Positions 61,050 through 64,000 of a DNA stretch of 64,000 nt are shown here, piece by piece. Numbering within the stretch: the first letter of the stretch is position 1; every line of letters begins with the position of its first letter. Source of the stretch: Vitrella brassicaformis CCMP3155. Lineage: Eukaryota > Protista > Chromerida. The notes below the pieces were generated by a model that was not told the DNA's origin, did no database searches, and saw nothing but the letters and a program-made list of their open reading frames with translations. The stretch is from contig CDMY01000419.1 in NCBI GenBank assembly GCA_001179505.1, forward strand, positions 1-64,000, read 5' to 3'. The position numbers were made by a program, and so were the translations under genes.

Positions 61050-63827
61050 AGGCAACATGGTTGATGCACTTCGACGCCGCAAGGCACAGCAGCGCGTCAG
61101 AGAGATCCTCCAGGTGACCATCGACACACACATACAAGAGATACCAGACAGGGACAGGGCAGAGAATGCCGGCCCCATGCTCTGCCTGCCTGTCCATCTC
61201 CTTTTTCCATCAGGAGCAGCAGGTGTACGTGCCGGTGGGCGACTCCGACTGGCAGACCGCCGAGGACACCGTCAACACCCTCCTGCGCGACGGCCGCCTG
61301 CACCGTCTGCACGAGAAGGAGGTCATTCTCAAGCGCATCGCACCCATCCCTAACAACTTCTTCGAACTCCACAAGTGGATTCTACGACGCGACAGCCGCA
61401 GCGGCCCGGTGCTGTTCGTGCAGCACCCAGCGATCGACGACAAGGACACCGACAAGTACGAGCGGCTGTTGGTGGACGATGCGGAGATCAAGGGGCGTGA
61501 CGCGGGCAGCCGCGTGGAGAGCAGGATGGAGCAGACGTTTTACAACGCCCAGGGGGTGCCGCTGCGCGCGGAGGCGTGGAAGAAGCAGCGGCAGGTGTGG
61601 GTCGACGAGGCCGCGGCCGAGGGTTTCGGGGACGACACGCCGTCCACACACAGAACACGGACACAGAAGGTGATGTGAGGGAGAGAAAGGAAAGACCGAT
61701 GTCAGGCAGGTGCTCCCATTATTCACGTGTATCCTTGCTTCAACCTGTGTGTCGTGCAGGAGTCCAAGTTGCAGAATCTGACGGCGTACAACTGCTTTGC
61801 TCTCGAGCGTCGTCCGTTCCTGATGCGGCGGTTCCCTGAGCGGGTGGGGGAGCCGCAGTTCTTCGCAAGAATGCTCGGCGAGGAGTGGAGACAGCTGCCG
61901 CCCGAAGACAGAGAGGTCAGTCACACAGGAGGAGAGCCAGATCTATGACGGGCACTGAGGACGACACAGATGTCTCTGTGTTTCTCTGCGTGTTGTTGCA
62001 GGTGTGGAGTGTTCACGAGCGGTGCAAGGACCGTTTTCGGCTTCAGAGCGTGATGCATCCGGCCGGCAGCCCTCCGCCCGTCCGCTACGCCGTCAGCAGC
62101 AGACGCCCCTCCCACCCCGGCGAGCCCGTCCAGCCATTCGTCATGACCACCACCACAATCAAGCACGAGCAGAGCAGGAGACCGCCGGTCATCGTCAAGA
62201 AGGAAGAAACCGATGAGGAGAAAGCAGACGTCGAGCAAGAGCAAGACCAAGAGCCAGACGCGCAGCAGCAGCAACCACAGCGGGAGCAGGAGCACCAGGC
62301 GGCTGCCGCTGTGGCGGCGGCAGCATCTGCCCCTCTGCCTCAGGAGGTCCTGGAGCCGTTGAGCCACCCGGCCCGCTGGGTGCGGCAGCTGCGCGTGAGG
62401 CCACTACGGCTCGTTCCGAGCGGCAAGGAGGACCTGCTGGAGGTCGATCGCGACTCGGAGGAAGAGGCGGACCTCTCTGACTTCCCAAGATCGGCCGTGC
62501 GGCTGTCCATCTACGACCCCGGCGACGGCCACACACGGCCGGCGCGGCAACAGGGAGACTCACTTTGTGACGAGGACCTGCCCGTGTTGAAGGTGGGTGA
62601 GAGTGTGCAGGTGGCGGTGATGAGTGGCGAGGGTGGGTGGGAGACCGGCTGGGAGGACGGCACCGTGGAGGGCATGGTGCAGCGGGGAAATGGGGAGCCG
62701 ACCGATGTGGCCGTGAGGCTGGACAGCACGGCCACATCCGTCACGCTCCCGACACAGCACTTCATCGAACCGTCGGGTAAGTCGACAGAGACCACCAGCA
62801 GCCAGGCAGGCAGGCAGAAGCGAATGAATGCCCTCATCGATTCTTCTCGTCTGCCTGTCATGATTCAGTTCCAGTCAAGACGGCTCCCGAGTCGCACTTT
62901 CGTCTCCGCCCCCGCGACGCAGAGCCAGACCGCGATCTGTACCCCGGTGCCGTCATCAACCTGCCATTTGCCGCGTCAGGCCCCTCGTGTGATGCCATCG
63001 TGATGGCCCTGCATCGGAAGGAGGGCCGCATGGGATTGCGGTCCGGCAAGGGGTCGACACTGGACCTCCATCGCCTGGCCGACGGGCGCACCGTCGAGAA
63101 CTTCGACCCCGAGACCGTCACTGTGCGCCGGCTGCCCTATGACGTCGAGCTGGGCGGGAGTGGTGGCACTGCGCCGTCCTGGTGGATCATCCCCGACCCA
63201 TTCAGACCTGACATTGTGCCTGCGAGGAAGGTCCCCTTCCGCACAGACGTGCTGCGCAACCCCCCCGTCAGGAGCCTCATCCGCCATCTGTGGAACAACA
63301 GCAAGAAGGCACGCAGACGGCAGCCGGCCAAGAAAGTGCAGTTTGCCCAGCAAGAGGCAGCGTCGAGTGGCGGGGCGGGTGGTGCTGCGGAGGCAGAGCC
63401 GTCTGCTATGGCTGAGGCGACGGGCAAGAAACAGGCCAAGAGGAAGGCCAAAGGGGGCAGCAAGCGCGAAAGGAGCTCCGCCAAGGCCAGAGACAGGCGC
63501 CCAGCCAAACGCGCCAAGGCTGCTGCTGCTGTGCCGCCCAGCACCCCTCCCCCTCCCCCTCCCCCACCTGCCGCTGCTGTTGAGAGCGCGGGCATGGCGT
63601 CGGACCATCACCTGAACAGCCTCGCCCCCCACCACGACACGATGGAGGGCCCACACGCCAGCGCCAGAGAGCATATGCCTGCGAGTGGTGCGGCGATGGA
63701 CGTGGACGATGGAGTGGCCGGACAATATCATCATGGCATGGCGGCAGCGGACGAGATGATGGCTGGCGACGATGATGAGGAGCCTTTCCCGGCACTGCCG
63801 CATCATCAGCTGCATGTCATGCACTAG
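60284..63827 (+). CDS. HMG-box protein with Tudor/SH3-like segments and basic C-terminal region (putative chromatin protein)
   Basis: LTAYNCFALERRPFLMRRFPE...FARMLGEEWRQLPPEDRE|VW (HMG box); LKVGESVQVAV...WEDGTVEG...VAVRLD and LYPGAVINLPF...DAIVMALH (Tudor-like barrels); K/R-rich tail. Start codon uncertain; upstream exons possible from ~59600. Confidence 0.75.
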
Positions 63828-64000
63828 GGCGAAAGGTCGCCACGGAGCAGTGGGCTAGTGTTGCACGTGTCGATGTATGCGGTGCCTAGTGTCAGCTATT
63901 GGTTGGGCGGGGCGGGGCGGCTCCTGTATTTATATCTGTAACATGCTGTGCGCCTCCTGGATGAGCCACGCAGCAATTGATCAATCATGAGTGAGTGAAT

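Noticed and set aside
1239-63121. Many 60-200 aa ORFs containing [26 protein letters not shown] or RQTDRQ
   Set aside because: These are translations of intronic (CA)n, (GACA)n and (GATG)n microsatellites or antisense shadows of real exons, not genes.
1-64000. CRISPR arrays, rRNA, tRNA or prokaryotic operon-type systems
   Set aside because: No regularly spaced repeat-spacer units, no rRNA-like or cloverleaf-like segments noticed; the DNA is eukaryotic and spliced.

Overview
Eukaryotic, intron-dense, GC-rich genomic DNA. Introns are mostly 45-90 nt GT-AG and carry (CA)n, (GACA)n, (GATG)n and (GA)n microsatellites, so most entries in the six-frame ORF track are exon fragments or shadow ORFs; I rebuilt spliced models by eye. 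Two proteins with bipartite signal-peptide plus Phe-initiated transit leaders, a PAN/apple adhesin and the intron style point to a chromerid alveolate, most like Vitrella brassicaformis (inference). About 19 genes lie mostly in head-to-head pairs: tail-anchored U-box protein, secreted hypothetical, a 1461-aa STRA6/RBP-receptor-like membrane protein, PAN/apple protein, OST-alpha/TMEM184-like transporter, plastid dihydrolipoamide dehydrogenase, Cys/Pro-rich secreted protein, TRP channel with an antisense CRE-type non-LTR retroelement inside it, RCC1-repeat protein, MFS_2 transporter, a tandem pair of TM-LRR genes, plastid DnaJ-type zinc finger, intronless steroid 5-alpha-reductase, MDP-1 phosphatase, coiled-coil protein, SET-MYND protein and an HMG-box chromatin protein. 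Best leads: (1) a STRA6-like protein with the C-terminal calmodulin-binding-type motif and a ~545-aa glycosylated ectodomain in a protist; (2) tandem paralogues with reciprocal, precise intron presence/absence; (3) a retroelement RT with a long acidic insert, sitting where TRP ankyrin exons would be expected. All family assignments come from remembered motifs, not from database searches.
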